From contig JALAGF010000414.1 of NCBI GenBank assembly GCA_030167865.1, positions 1-64,000 on the forward strand: a stretch of DNA of 64,000 nt. The letters run 5' to 3'. Position 1 is the first letter of the stretch, and every line of letters begins with the position of its first letter. Shown here one piece after another: positions 22,694 through 35,900 of the stretch. This DNA is from Craspedostauros australis. Its lineage: Eukaryota. The notes under the pieces are model-generated. The model saw nothing but the letters and a program-made list of their open reading frames with translations. It searched no databases and was not told the origin of the DNA. A program made the position numbers and the translations under genes.

Positions 22694-24875
22694 TGAATTT
22701 GATTTTATGAGGAGGAGAGGACACATCATGGATCAGGCCTGTTCGTGTCCACGATGCACAACGCCCAACGCGCAGAACAACATGCACAAAGACAAACAAC
22801 AGAGACACAAAAGCTGGATTCCGACGTTCGCTGTCATCGTCGCCACACCGCGCTTTGCTCTTTGTCGTGGTTGTTTTTCTCGTTCACGGTTGCCTCCTCT
22901 GTGATTCAACTCGGTTTGCCACAACCAAAACGACGACCAAAGTGTGATCTGTGATTGTCAGCACGCAGAACGTGTTCTTGATCGAAAACGAAATGCAAAC
23001 ATCTAACCTTCGGTAGCGCAACGATTGCCAATCGGCTTTCAGCTTCTGGTCGAACCCTAAGCAAAACACATGACTAAATTTCTCGCATCTCCAACTGTGA
23101 CAGAACAGGGAATGATACGAGGCGACGTACAGACGCCATCGTTAAGCAACATCGACGAACAGGCAAAAGGCAGTCACATTTTGTCCACATTGGCCGGTTG
23201 CGATGGTGTCGTTGCTCGTCGCGCGTCGATGTTGGTGTGGGACAGGTGGGGTATGGACACGGACACACATCCTCCCTCCCCTGTGACCTTGTGCTCACTT
23301 CCCACCATCGCACTGGGCTTGCACCATGGCTCCCACAATGGCAACCTCCTGCATGGAAGGATACCAGTCGCCACGAAATCGAAGTGTGTTACGATACCTG
23401 CGCACGGTGGAATGGACATACAAATACTCCTTTGGTTTGATAAGGTATCTACCAATACCAGCGACGTGCGGAAGAAGCCGCCAGAGAGACAGAGAGAGAG
23501 AGAGTACTCTTCTCTGCGTCTCTCGAGGCAGCATTCTATTCCGTTCGGAGCTGCATTCGTGCATCTTTTTATACTAGTACCACACTAACACTCCTGCTCA
23601 CACTGTGACGCAATCAAGCTGTACGACCGACCCATGCAAGGCTCAGCTGCCCACCATACGTACAACGCAGCGTATCCCCACCAAGCAGTATCGGATGTTC
23701 ATCTCCCCCATCCGAACACTGAAAATAAGCGAGGCACGCGGAATGGTCCACATGGTCGACCTTCCCGTGCCCTACCAGTACGGTCTATGAAACAGCTACA
23801 CCGACAATGATCTCCTCAGGGGCCGTCACTTCCAATGTGGACAGCAGGATGAGAGTTGAGCCAATCGTGTGAAATGCAACACCTGTATCGTCAATGGTGC
23901 CATGTCCCGTTGCATGCTGAGAGACGTACGAGCTGGTACCAAGGTCAACAACATGAGGCGTTTTGTCTCGTCGGAGGTTCGGATCCTGGCGAGATCATTT
24001 TGGCCAAATTGTGTCGGCGCACCCATTCATGACCAAGCGGGATTCACTACAGGTTGTCCCCGTTTGATCAACTCGACTAATTAATTACCCGTTACTATTT
24101 TGCGCAACACGCGAAAAAGACAGCGCTGGAATCGCCGTTGCTGTGTGACGAAAACGAGATCGAGGAGCAGCAACCAAGAACCAGCAAGCGATCAGCAAGC
24201 AACACCCACACAGCAGCAACTGCGGCATCACCAACACCACCAGCACAAGCCCCTTGAAGGTACGGCAATGACGCCGCTGACGGCGATGGGATTGCAGGAA
24301 GCGCGATGACATGATGCACCGTTTGGAAAGGATTCAACAAGCGTGAAGAACGTTGCAGGAAATGGGTTTGTTGGGTGGCGCTGGGCGAAACGGAGCAGCT
24401 GAGTCTTCTGATCTGCTGTCCCGGAAGGGCGCTGAACGACCGCTGGACCAACAAGATGGACTGATGCGCGGTACAGCGAATGTTGCGACACGGCGCAATC
24501 GACGATGAGGAGGATCCCCATCTGGTGAATAAACAGATGAACTGGTGGCTTCTATCTGAGCGCGGAGATCAGCGCCATCCAGCATCACCAACGGAATGAT
24601 CCTCCGCATGCTGCTCCAGGAAGGCCAACATGAAGTCCGCCAACGCAGCACATTCTGAACCACCCAACATCCCCAGTCCTTGAACGAAGCAACACCTTGA
24701 AGTACCTGCAAACGGCGTTGCTTTCAAACACTCACGGATGCTTGCTTTCCATTTCACTTCATTGACGCACCGTTGAATTCGCATCCCACAAACATGCACA
24801 CACGCAATCGATGCCAACAACAATTTTGCAAATGCTACAGAACGATTTCAGAACAGTCACCACGAATATCACAAA

Positions 24876-25064
24876 ATGGTCGAGTCAAGAAAGCCAAACA
24901 AGCTGTACGCCACACACCCAAAGGGATATGGAAAGGGATCCCGCGCATGCCGCGTCACTGGACGTGAGGGTGGTGAAGGTCTGATCCGCAAATACGGAAT
25001 TAACATGAAGCGTCAGGTGTTCCGTGAGCGCGCCCTGGACATGGGATGGATGAAGTACAACTAA
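24876..25064 (+). CDS. RPS29: 40S ribosomal protein S29 (uS14), variant lacking most zinc ligands
   Basis: LYATHPKGYGKGSRACRV...GLIRKYGINMKRQVFRERALDMGWMKYN; ACAAAATG start context. Confidence 0.93.
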   Translation: MVESRKPNKLYATHPKGYGKGSRACRVTGREGGEGLIRKYGINMKRQVFRERALDMGWMKYN

Positions 25065-27153
25065 ATCCGCGCGCCTTGGTGGATAGAAAATAAACAGGAG
25101 ACTTACCGGCCACCTACTACTACTACCACATCAAACAACCAATGATATCGAGTTCTATGGCTGTGCAATTAGACCTGTTGCGCATGTGGCCGCCCAACCA
25201 TGAATACTGTTTGGCATGTCCAGTTGCTGTCAAAATGTGGAGACGATACTGTGCGGTTTGGCTACCACAATTGCCCAACAAGAGTGCAGAACAACAACGG
25301 TATCGAGGAACGGATTACCACCTATTGTATCAAATTGCCTGTGGACAGCGATGATCTTGAGCAATCTGAAGATGTCTTGATGCGGACCCATTTACAAGCA
25401 AACGATTCTTTGTCTCTCTCTCCAGCTTCTTATCTACTCACACACCCTCCCAATGGGATATTTCAGCGTACGACGCAACAGGAAGTAACAGAGCATGCGT
25501 ATTGATGGATAGGCAGGGATTGGAGTGATCTGTGGTACTGCTCCCATTCAAGCCAACACCATCCACTTGATGAAAGAACTCCTTGGCTGATTTCTTCAAT
25601 GTTCTTGCTTGCTACCTGCCATGATCGCAGCGACGAAGTCCAGAAACGACATCTCAAGAGCACGGTTTGTTGGCGTTTTCCTACGTGCTCATACTCTATC
25701 TTCGTTTCGTAGATGGTGATACGATGTTGTGTCCTTTTTGGGTTCTGCGTGAACCGGAGAAGGTCATAGTACGCGTCCTCGAATAAAGTAGCCATAGATC
25801 AAAAAGTCATCCTCCGATGTGAGACAAGTTGAATGTCTCGCGTGCGACAAGATTCACAACGGCGATGTGTACTGACACGAAACACGGACATGTTCCAGTT
25901 CCCCCAAAAGCGACGGCACAACGAAGCACATGGATCCGTGACGACGACAAAATCAAACTTTGCCGAAGTGCCTTCGCATGGATCACCGTGAACGGTGATC
26001 CTGGTGTTCCACCACTGCGTGTGCAACCATTCGCGGCTTCACCCCCTTGCGCGGCGTATTTGCATGGCTGTGCCTGCCAACACAGAGTTGGCTTGAGCAC
26101 CAGAAGCACTAAAATACCTGCGCACGGTTCTACCACACGATCACGAGTAGAGGAGTGAAACCGGCGACACAGCGCGCGCTGGAGAGGAAGCGGCCAACAC
26201 CTCCACCACCAACAAGCAACAGACACGAGGAGACCAACACTGCAACAGCCCAGGCCTCCAGGGTACACTCGCAGCAACCAAGACCACCAACAACCTGCTC
26301 GCAACCCCCTGGGGAAAGCACGTCACAGGAAAGACCAGATAAGACCACAACAAGGCAAGACATCGAGCGGACGCACACGCAGGAGCAGAGCAACGCAGAC
26401 ATCGTCTTGTTGTGCACGAACTCTCCTCCGTTGTTTTGGGGGTCTCCGAGATCTCTCCCTTCGCCAAACATCCTTCGATCTCGTTCCGTATCAAACCCTG
26501 TGGTTGATCGTCGCTTAGAAGTTGCGCCTACAACAGAGACAACTACAATAGCAACATTACAACGACGACATCGACAGCAACGATAACATCGACATCGATA
26601 ACACAACCTGGCAGAACCGCAGAGAAGGCAGACAGTAGAGACTTTCATCCATCAGCAAGCAAGCAACCAACCAACCAACCAGGCAGGCAGTCATTCGCCA
26701 TCACCAAACTACCTTGGCCGAGACATCTCATCAGACACCAACAAACACTGCTTGACGGATCGGTTGCCAAGACCAACAGGGACCTATCATACCATACCGC
26801 ACACCCTCGCACTGTTAAACACAGCGAACCACACTCTACCGTATCTGCGAATACCAGACCAAGCCACACAACACACTACAACACAACACAATAGAGTAGG
26901 TGCGCCCATTCGCAATACCACTTCCACGCAAGGACACAAGCACACAACTGCACATCACGTCAAGCCAAGCCAAGCCACTTCAGGCGACGCTATCCGTACA
27001 TCACACAACATTACACTACTCTACTCTACTCTACGCCACGCAGTCTATCTACACTGGAGTAAAGGCAGAAGCAAAGCCAAAGGCCAGCACAAACACAGAC
27101 AAGCAGTGAGCACCACACGCAGGCTGTGGTTGCAACAACGATAGCAGTTGAGG

Positions 27154-29281
27154 ATGGGATGCGGCTCATCTGTGCCTGACGGGCCAGGCCCAGGCAAATC
27201 AGAAGCGGCCCTGCAGAGGCGGCCAGGAGGAGATGACCCCGCAGAGCTCGCCAAGTCCAGCGGCATCGACAGAGACCTGGACAGAGCCAGGCAGCAGGAG
27301 GAGCTCAAGGTCAAACTGCTGCTGCTCGGGGCGGGAGAGTCAGGAAAGTCCACCATCTTCAAACAGATGCGCATTCTGCACGGATCTCCAAGGTCAGAAG
27401 ACGATCAGAGGATGTACGGAGTCGTCGTGCGTTCCAACATCATCACGGCCATGCGCAAGCTGTGCCAGCTGCTGCGCACTCTGGGCCTGGAGGAACAGCT
27501 CGCGCAGGACGCGCCCACCGATCCGGAAGACCCCACCACGCCGAAGGAAGCCTTTGACATGCTCATCGCGCATCTGGTGGAGAACACGGCGGAGCCCATG
27601 GGCGACACGGCGAATGGAGGCGGTGAGGACTGGGTTGGTCACAGCGCAAGAGCGGGCCTTGGACCCAACAACGATGCCAAGCAGTTCCTGCAGCTGTGGA
27701 AGCCCATGAAGATCCTCTGGGATGTAAGTTCATGCATGCACATCACAGTGAATTGTATTGCGTTGCATTGTATTGTATTGTATTGTATTGTATTGTATTG
27801 TATTGTATTGTGTTGTGTTGTGTTGTGTTGTGTTGACCGAAGTTGAGATGACTGATGTGCATGCGCATGCATGCGTGGAAATGGTGGAACATGGAGCGCC
27901 CAAGTCAATGAATGCAGCGCTGCAGTTTCGCCCTTGCATCGTCGTTCACAACAACAACAACACAGCAACAGCCCGGCTGCTTGCCTGGCTGTCGTATTAA
28001 TGTTGCTGCATTCAACTCACCTTCCCATTCCCCACCTGTCTCTATCTCTATCCCTATCCAACTATCTCATCCAACCACGACATGTCAACATCTGCTCTCC
28101 CCAACTGCAACAATCACATGAACGAACACCGACAACGACGCAACCAACACCAGTCAACCACCATGAGAGAGGTCTGGCAGAAACGATCCCAAGCCAACAT
28201 TATCGATGGACACAACGAGTATCTGCACAACATAACGCGCCTCGCCGCCCCCACCTTCCGCCCCACCACGCAGGACATCCTGCTGGCCCGTGTCAAAACT
28301 ACGCAAGTCGTCATGGAACGGTACCGCATCGATGGGATCGACTTTGAGATGTACGACGTGGGTGGCCAGCGGTCCGAGCGCCGCAAATGGATTGACTGCT
28401 TTGACAATGTGGACGCCGTGATTTTCGTTGCCGCTCTGTCCGAGTACGACCAAACACTAGCCGAGGCCAGGAGAACGAACCGCATGGTCGAGGCGCTGGA
28501 ACTCTTCAAATCGGTCTGCAACAACAGAGCATTCGCCAACACATCGATCATGCTCTTCCTCAACAAGAAGGACGTCTTCGCGGAGAAGATCCTCTACAGC
28601 GACATCCAGGCCCAGCCGCCCTTCCGAGACTACGCAGGACCACCCCACGAATTCAACAGCGGCGTCCTCTACTTCATCCAAAAGTTCAAGGACTGCTTGA
28701 TCAATGACGACTTCAACGACTCCTTCATTCATGTTACCTGTGCAACTGATACCAACAACAGTAAGTGCAAACGGAGGCCGTCCAAGTCAATTCAACTCAA
28801 GTCAATGCGGCATATCTCAGTCCAGTTCAGCCCAGTTCTTTGCGCATCATCTCTCCACGCCCTCACCATCTCACCCATTCTTCGTGCCTTCTCGAACAAC
28901 ATATGCTTTGCCCTCACATTTGCTTTTGCACCACCATTGCTGCGTACTCGTATGGTACCATTACCCACTCTGACACCCAACCACAGTGGAATTCGTGTTG
29001 GATTCCACAAGAACAATCATCATGACGGACGTAAGTGTTACAAACCTGCTGCTGACCCTTGCCAATCTCGATTGTCGGACGAGCACCTTGTCTTGGCCAT
29101 AGTGCAATGCCCTGCTTCTGCCATGCAACATGTCTCACCCCTCATTTCCTTCCTCTCCCACGAACGATTCCGGTATGATGATACCAATATTACTACTTTC
29201 GACACCGACATCCCCAACTCCATTCCCGCATCGTGCCAAACACAGAACTTGCGACGATCGGGATTCCTCGGGTCTAGTTAA
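27154..29281 (+). CDS. Heterotrimeric G protein alpha subunit; exons 27154-27723, 28154-28760, 28987-29030, 29246-29281
   Basis: MGC N-terminus; GAGESGKST, ARVKTT, DVGGQRSERRKW, FLNKKD and TCATD motifs; GT-AG introns in consistent phase. Confidence 0.95.
27753..27835. repeat. Compound pentanucleotide microsatellite (TATTG)n(TGTTG)n in G-alpha intron 1
   Basis: Visible directly in the sequence. Confidence 0.9.
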
Positions 29282-30640
29282 GGAGTGGCGCTGTGTCCAG
29301 GCCATGGCCAGATCATGCCATGTCATCTGTCCGACGCACTTTGTGTAACTGCGTGCGCATTCATGGTCTGGTGCAGTTTCATGCACCAAGTACCTTTCCA
29401 AATGCCTACTGCGCGATGCGTCGACCCCGGTTCAACGGCTGGACGGCTTGTTTCGGAAAGGTCCGACCATGCTCCGTGTCGCATGCTGAACTGTGCGGAA
29501 GATGGATGGATGGATGAACAATGGACAGCAGGAGGATGTGATGGCTTTGTTTTGCCGTCTGCACCTCCTGCTGCTTCTGCTTTCGAATCGCGCGAGAGCA
29601 TTCCTGGCGGACGTTGCTTCCTTCGTTTGGGTGAAAGGGAGTACCATGCAACTACTACATACGAGTGCAGTCCTGCTCTATCCTCGTCTACTCTACTATT
29701 GTGCAAATCATAGTGTACGTCCGCACAAAAGCCAGGAATGCAGACACATCCACGCACACATGACGGAGGGAACAAGCCAAGAGGAAACAAATCAAGAACA
29801 CGCACAATACTATTACTTTTTGTTAATGTCACGGTGAGACCATCAATCCTGGAGACATCTCTGCTCCTCTTCGCACTACTTGACATTATATTCATACGGA
29901 TGGTACATTGAATCCAGTAGTGCAGAGCAGGTTACTTGGACTCTTCCATTGGGCCATTATCAAACAAGCGTATATTATACAAGAGCAGATGGGATATGAT
30001 CTTGCTGTGCGAGTATGGTATGTGTGGCAGGAGAGTCGCCTTCTGCCCTGGATGCTTTCACTTTGGTCCAAGTTGCTGGACTCTCTCTAGTTTTGCCTTG
30101 TCTACATTCATGTTCTTCGTTGGGGCTCGCGCGGAGAAACAGCGCTTTGTACCGTTATAAATAACGTCGATTGTCGATCAAACGAGACGCTCGACCAAAT
30201 GGACAGCAATGCTGTGTGTGGATCTGCAGACAATTCAAAAATTGACCCATGAGGACAGCATTGGATTCGAGTTCGGTGGGACGTTATTTCGTGTCTTCGG
30301 CCGAGCCAGCCAACGCGACAGCACCAGAAAAAAGAAGAAACACCGCGCAACAGGACAGCAAGAACAGCAACCACGATGGGGGCGTTGGCTTCCTGAATCA
30401 CACCGCTTCCAAGACACGCCAACTCGTGGGAGAGGAGACCAGCCTCCTCCCGAATTCACATCGTCTGACCGACAAGAAGAAGACCAAACGGATACGAACA
30501 GACACACCAAGGCAGCCGCATCCACCCCTCTGCCAAGACAGTGCACAAAGCAACACGAACAGAACCAGAAGGGACTTCGGTGTAGCAAACGAACGAACGG
30601 CAACGGCAATACCAATAACAATACCAACACCAGCAACACC

Positions 30641-32200
30641 ATGTCCGCTTACCCAAAGGAACCGGTCGGTAACATGGCCACCTTCAACATCAACCATGGC
30701 TTCACCGAGGCCTTGGTTCGTGGTATGCGATGCTCCTTCCTCAAGGACTCCGATTACCATCACCTGACCCAGTGCGAGAGTCTCGAGGATGTTGCGCTGA
30801 ACCTTAACGAGAGCGACTACAGCGAGGCCCTCGCCGATCTCGACTCCCTGACTCCCAACGCCCTGCAGAAGGTCGCCGTGGAGAAGGTACGTTGCGGTGC
30901 GCTACAATACGTTACGTTACTTTCTTTATTTGGCATTTTGGTGGTTCAGTGTGCTGAAGCGTTGGCGCGTTGGCTTGCAGTTCGATACAACCAATGTGCC
31001 ATCTCTGCATGGATCTCTGCTGAGCCTCTGCTGAGCATTCTAAAGCACGCACGAACTAACACACACAACTCCACTCTGCCTGTCTCCATACTCACCATCA
31101 CATGGGGTTTGGTCTGCGCTGATCTGCACACCCTGTGACGATGCTTAATTCGTTCAACAACATCATGTAACGTGATGCAATGTGCTGTAATGTGCTGCAA
31201 TGTGATGGGACATTGTCAATTATCACTCGCCACTTCCACCGCAACAACTATCGCCAATACTGTGACTCTGTTCCTGCAGCTCGTCGATGAATTCAAGTAC
31301 CTTCGCATGCAGTCGGTGCAGCCACTCTCGAAGTTCCTGGACTTCATCTCCTACGAATACATGATCGAGAATGTGATGCTCCTGTTGAAGGGCGCCCTCA
31401 GCGGACGCGACATCAACGAGCTCCTCGAGCAGTGCCACCCTCTGGGTATGTTCAAGGAGTCCGTCATGAGGAGCATCCCCACATTCGAAAACTCGTCGCG
31501 CGGATACTCCGACCTCTACCAGACAGTCCTCGTCGACACTCCCGTCGGCCAATACTTCGCCACATTCCTCCAGGAATCTGCCGAGGCCAGAGGAGGTGGA
31601 TCCCGCAACGTCCTCGAGGAGGTTGAGATCGAGATCATCAAATCGTCGCTCATCAAGTACTGGTTGGAGGACTTCGCCAACTTCTGCGACACCATGGGCG
31701 GAGACACAGGAAGCCTCATGGGCGAGATCTTGAGAGTGCGCGCCGACACCAACGCCATCAACATCACCCTCAACTCCTTCGGCACACCCCTCAACGAGCC
31801 AAACATGCGCGTCACGGACCGAAAGCGCCTCTACCCAGCCGTCGGACATCTGTACCCGGTCGGCACCACCATGCTCACCGATGTCGGTGACGAGGATGAG
31901 CTCGGCAACGTCCTCGAGCTCTTTCCGCAGTACGCCGGAATCTGGAACCTCCATGCCTCTGGATCCGTCGAGAAGAGCATCGATGATGCCTTCTATGAGC
32001 GCGATGTGCAGATGCTGGAGCTCGCCTTCGAGAGCCAGTTCCACTTCGGCGTCTTCTACGCCTACGTCAAGCTGAAGGAGCAGGAAATCCGCAACCTTGT
32101 ATGGATCACTGAATGCATCCTGCAGCAGCAGAAGGATGAGATCGAGAAGTTCGTCCCAGTCTTCTCCCAGCACGCACCATGGCGCGAGAAGAAGCGATAA
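30641..32200 (+). CDS. ATP6V0D: V-type ATPase V0 subunit d; exons 30641-30886, 31280-32200
   Basis: FNINHGFTEALVRG...LTQCESLED...EK|LVDEFKYLR...YMIENVMLLLKG...CHPLG...QFHFGVFYAYVKLKEQEIRNLVWI.ECI. Confidence 0.96.
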
Positions 32201-32986
32201 ACGCCCACAAACGAGCTTGGCACGATGAGTTGCAACGCATTGAAAGTGCCGACTCACGTGCAGCAGCCACGAAACAGGAAGAGTGTGTCCAAAACAAATC
32301 ACCGAATGAACACAAGAAACACAAACTCACATGTACCACAGACCAAGCACTAGTATGCGACGATTTAACCAAATAAAAAGCAGAAACATCACAGGATGCA
32401 ACATGATCCTCTACGCGTATTCTCGTCTGTCTCTAAAGGGACAGAGAGAGAGAGAGATGTTGTGATGTTGTCGTGCGAAAGACTATCTTCTTTCTATCTA
32501 GACTACGAGCTCTGAACAGAATTCCAATACAGAGCTCGAGCCCCACTCTCTAGTCGTACTTGTCGCATCGTGTCGTGTCGTGCGGTTCAAAGTCCGCGCG
32601 ACAGATTTCGTCATCGCGAAGAAACACCACGAACACACGCGCACATCTTTCTTCCTCTCTCTCTTGTTGCCGTTGTTTTTGCCGTGCGTTGTTGTGGTGT
32701 TGTTGTGTTGTCTTGGTGTGGCAATTGGCACAACAGCAAAAAACACGACACAACAGCAACGGGTCTTCGCAACACGCAGCAGCGCAAGGCAACGAGAGTA
32801 TCCTCTGGTTTTGCCTTCTCCTGCAATCGTCTCTCTCCTCTGCGTTTGTATCCAGACACGAGACGAGGCTGTGACCCACTCAACACAGACGACTTCGACG
32901 CAGCACTCCAGCGCAAGTCCAACGCACTGACCATACCAAACCATATCGCACAAGCCCAGAACAGCCCAACGCGTTGAACCGCCAAG

Positions 32987-35900
32987 ATGTCGATGAAACT
33001 GAGAGACCTGATCCGCAAGGTGCGGGCCTGCAAAACGGCGGCGGAAGAACGTGCCGTCATTGCCAAGGAATCCGCCATGATCCGTACCGCCATCCGCGAA
33101 GAGCAGGAGCATTACCGGCACCGCAACGTCGCCAAGCTCCTCTTCATGCACATGCTGGGTGAGTACTGCTCTCGAGTATCTGTGGCCCGTTGTTGCATTG
33201 CATTGGCAGGCCATTTTCAGCTTGCGGTCATTGATCCGGTTGGCAGTCCCGTTCGTGAACCAGATCTGCGCTGCGCCTTGTCATTGGGATGCAATCTAAC
33301 TGTATCCGGATGGTGCAGTGGGCAGGATGATAGCAATGATTATGATGATAAGGTGGCGACGATGGCACACCAATCAACCAAACAATCAATGTACTCTGTC
33401 TCTCTCTCTCTCTCAATTCACATGCTAACCCCATGCTTGCCTTCCATTCTCTCATCCTGCCGACAATGACTGGAACATGAACTGTTCGGACGCGTTGGTG
33501 CACGTCCAACACCATGACCTATTGATCCATCTTCGATACTCCACTGCACCACGCTCGATCATCAATCAACTGGCATCTACTCGTACGCTGATGCTGATGA
33601 TGTTGATGCTGGATGTGTGACGTTGGTGTTGATATTGATGTTCGGGGATACGATGACAAACGATTGACGAATGATCAACACGCACTTCCCGACGATTGCA
33701 TGGTTGCGTTTATTCATGATGTGGTCCGACATGTCTCTGGTCCCTCCACTTTGCCATCGTTGACATCACCAATGCCACCGCTGTCCCGTGACATTACGAT
33801 GAATGGACAAAACTCGTGACAAATGGAATACAATGAACAATGAACAATAACCGGCACTCGTACGTTGGCGACACAGGTTATCCGACTCACTTCGGACAGC
33901 TGGAATGCATGAAGCTCACGGCTTCGCCGCACTTCCCCGAGAAGCGAATTGGATACCTTGGGATGATGCTGCTGCTGTCGGAGGAGGCGGACGTGCTCAT
34001 GCTGGCAACGAACTCGCTCAAAAACGATCTCAACAGCCAGAACAAGTTCGTGGCAGGGCTGGCGCTCTGCGCGATCGGCAACCTCGCCACGGCGGACATG
34101 TCTCGTGACCTCGCGCCGGAGGTGGACAAGCACCTCAAATCGTCCCGCCCGTACCTGAGGAAAAAGGCCAACCTTGCCATGGCGCGCTGCCTGACGAAAT
34201 GCCCCGATCTGGTGGAGGACTTTGTGGATCGGGTGGTCAGCCTGCTCAAGGACAAATCTCACGGCGTCCTCATCACGGTCGTGCAGCTCATGACGGAGGT
34301 CCTGGTCATCGATTACGAAAACGCCATCGAGGAGGACACCGACCCATTCTCAACAGACTGCCGAAGGGCCTTCCTCAGGCTGGTGCCCATGCTGGTCAAG
34401 ATGCTGCGGAACCTCCTGTCATCCGGCTACTCCCCAGAATACGACATCGCCGGCATTGCCGATCCCTTCCTGCAGGTGCAGCTCCTGACGTTGCTGCGGC
34501 TCCTGGGTGCCAAGAACGAGAAGGCTTCGGAGGAAATGAACGACGTGCTCGCGCAGGTTGCCACCAACACGGACACATCCAAGAATGCAGGAAATGCCAT
34601 CCTGTACGAATGCGTGCAGACAGTCATGGGCATCGAATCGGAGGATGGGCTGCGGGTCCTCGCCGTCAACATCCTGGGACGCTTCCTGCTGAACCGCGAC
34701 AACAACATCCGCTACGTCGCGCTCAACACCCTGTCGAGATGTATCGTGGAACAGACGCATATGACATCCGACAAACATGATGTCTCGCCCAGCGGACAAA
34801 ACGCGTCGGCAAACAGCGCGCTGTCCGCGTTGCAGAAGCACCGCAATACAGTCGTCGATTGCTTGAAAGATCCGGACGTCACCATCCGACAGCGGGCGCT
34901 GGAGCTCATCTATCACTTGGTGAACCACGATAACGTCCGCACGCTGACCGCCGAGCTCCTCAACTACCTCGTGCTGTGCCCGCGGGAGCATCGCAGCGAT
35001 ATCTGCACCCGCATCCTGCGTGTCGTGGACCGATTCAGTCCCGACGATCGCTGGCGAGTCGACACCCTCATCACCATGATGACCATCGCAGGACGTGAGG
35101 CCTCGTATGATGTGCAATCAGCCACCATCGTCTACATCTCCCGAGCGCCAGAGGACGTCCATGCCTACGCCACGCACAAGCTGCTGAAGGCTATCCGTGA
35201 CGATGACGGCAGCCAGCGCGGATTGCTCGCGGTCGGCATTTGGTGCATCGGCGAGTTCGGTGACCTTCTGCTCAAGCCGTACTCGCACGCACCGACGCCG
35301 GGTGTTAGTGACGCCAACGGGGCTCCGGTGTCGTTCATGGAGATGAACCCATCGGACGTCGTCCAAGCGGTCGACACGGTCATCAACCGACATTCCTGTA
35401 CAGAGGAGGTCAAGCAACGTGCGCTGACCTGCTTCGCCAAGCTGACGGACCGATTCGCCGACAAGGGCGACGCAGCGGCATTGTCCCGTCTTGACGGTCT
35501 CATCAAGAAGCATCAAGGATCGCACAGCCTCGAACTGCAGCTGAGATCCTGCGAGTACGATGCCCTGCTCCATGCCGCCAAGGGAATGAAGCTGGTCATC
35601 GCCAAGCCATCCAAGCCCGATGAAGAGGACCTCTTCGGTGTGTCCGATGCGGCTGCCGGTGGCGAGGTCAGCGCAGGTGTCAAGGCGGCGGCAAAGGACG
35701 CGCTTGCGCGCATGCCTGTGGTCGACGTGAAGATGCTGCAGCGACGACAGGCCGCCGATGCCTTTGCCGAAGGCAGGAAGATGCCAGGCATCGTCGCTCC
35801 ATCGGGTGGAGGTTCCGGCAGCGATGATCTGCTGGACATCTTCGGGGGCGGTACCACTGAAGCCCCTGCCGGAGCTGCTGTCGCCGACACTGCAGCAACA

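Noticed and set aside
22950-24800. Short ORFs upstream of RPS29 (also 25100-27100, 46500-47900, 52000-53200)
   Set aside because: I could not build a coherent gene model or recognise a domain or structured RNA; decayed fragments cannot be excluded.
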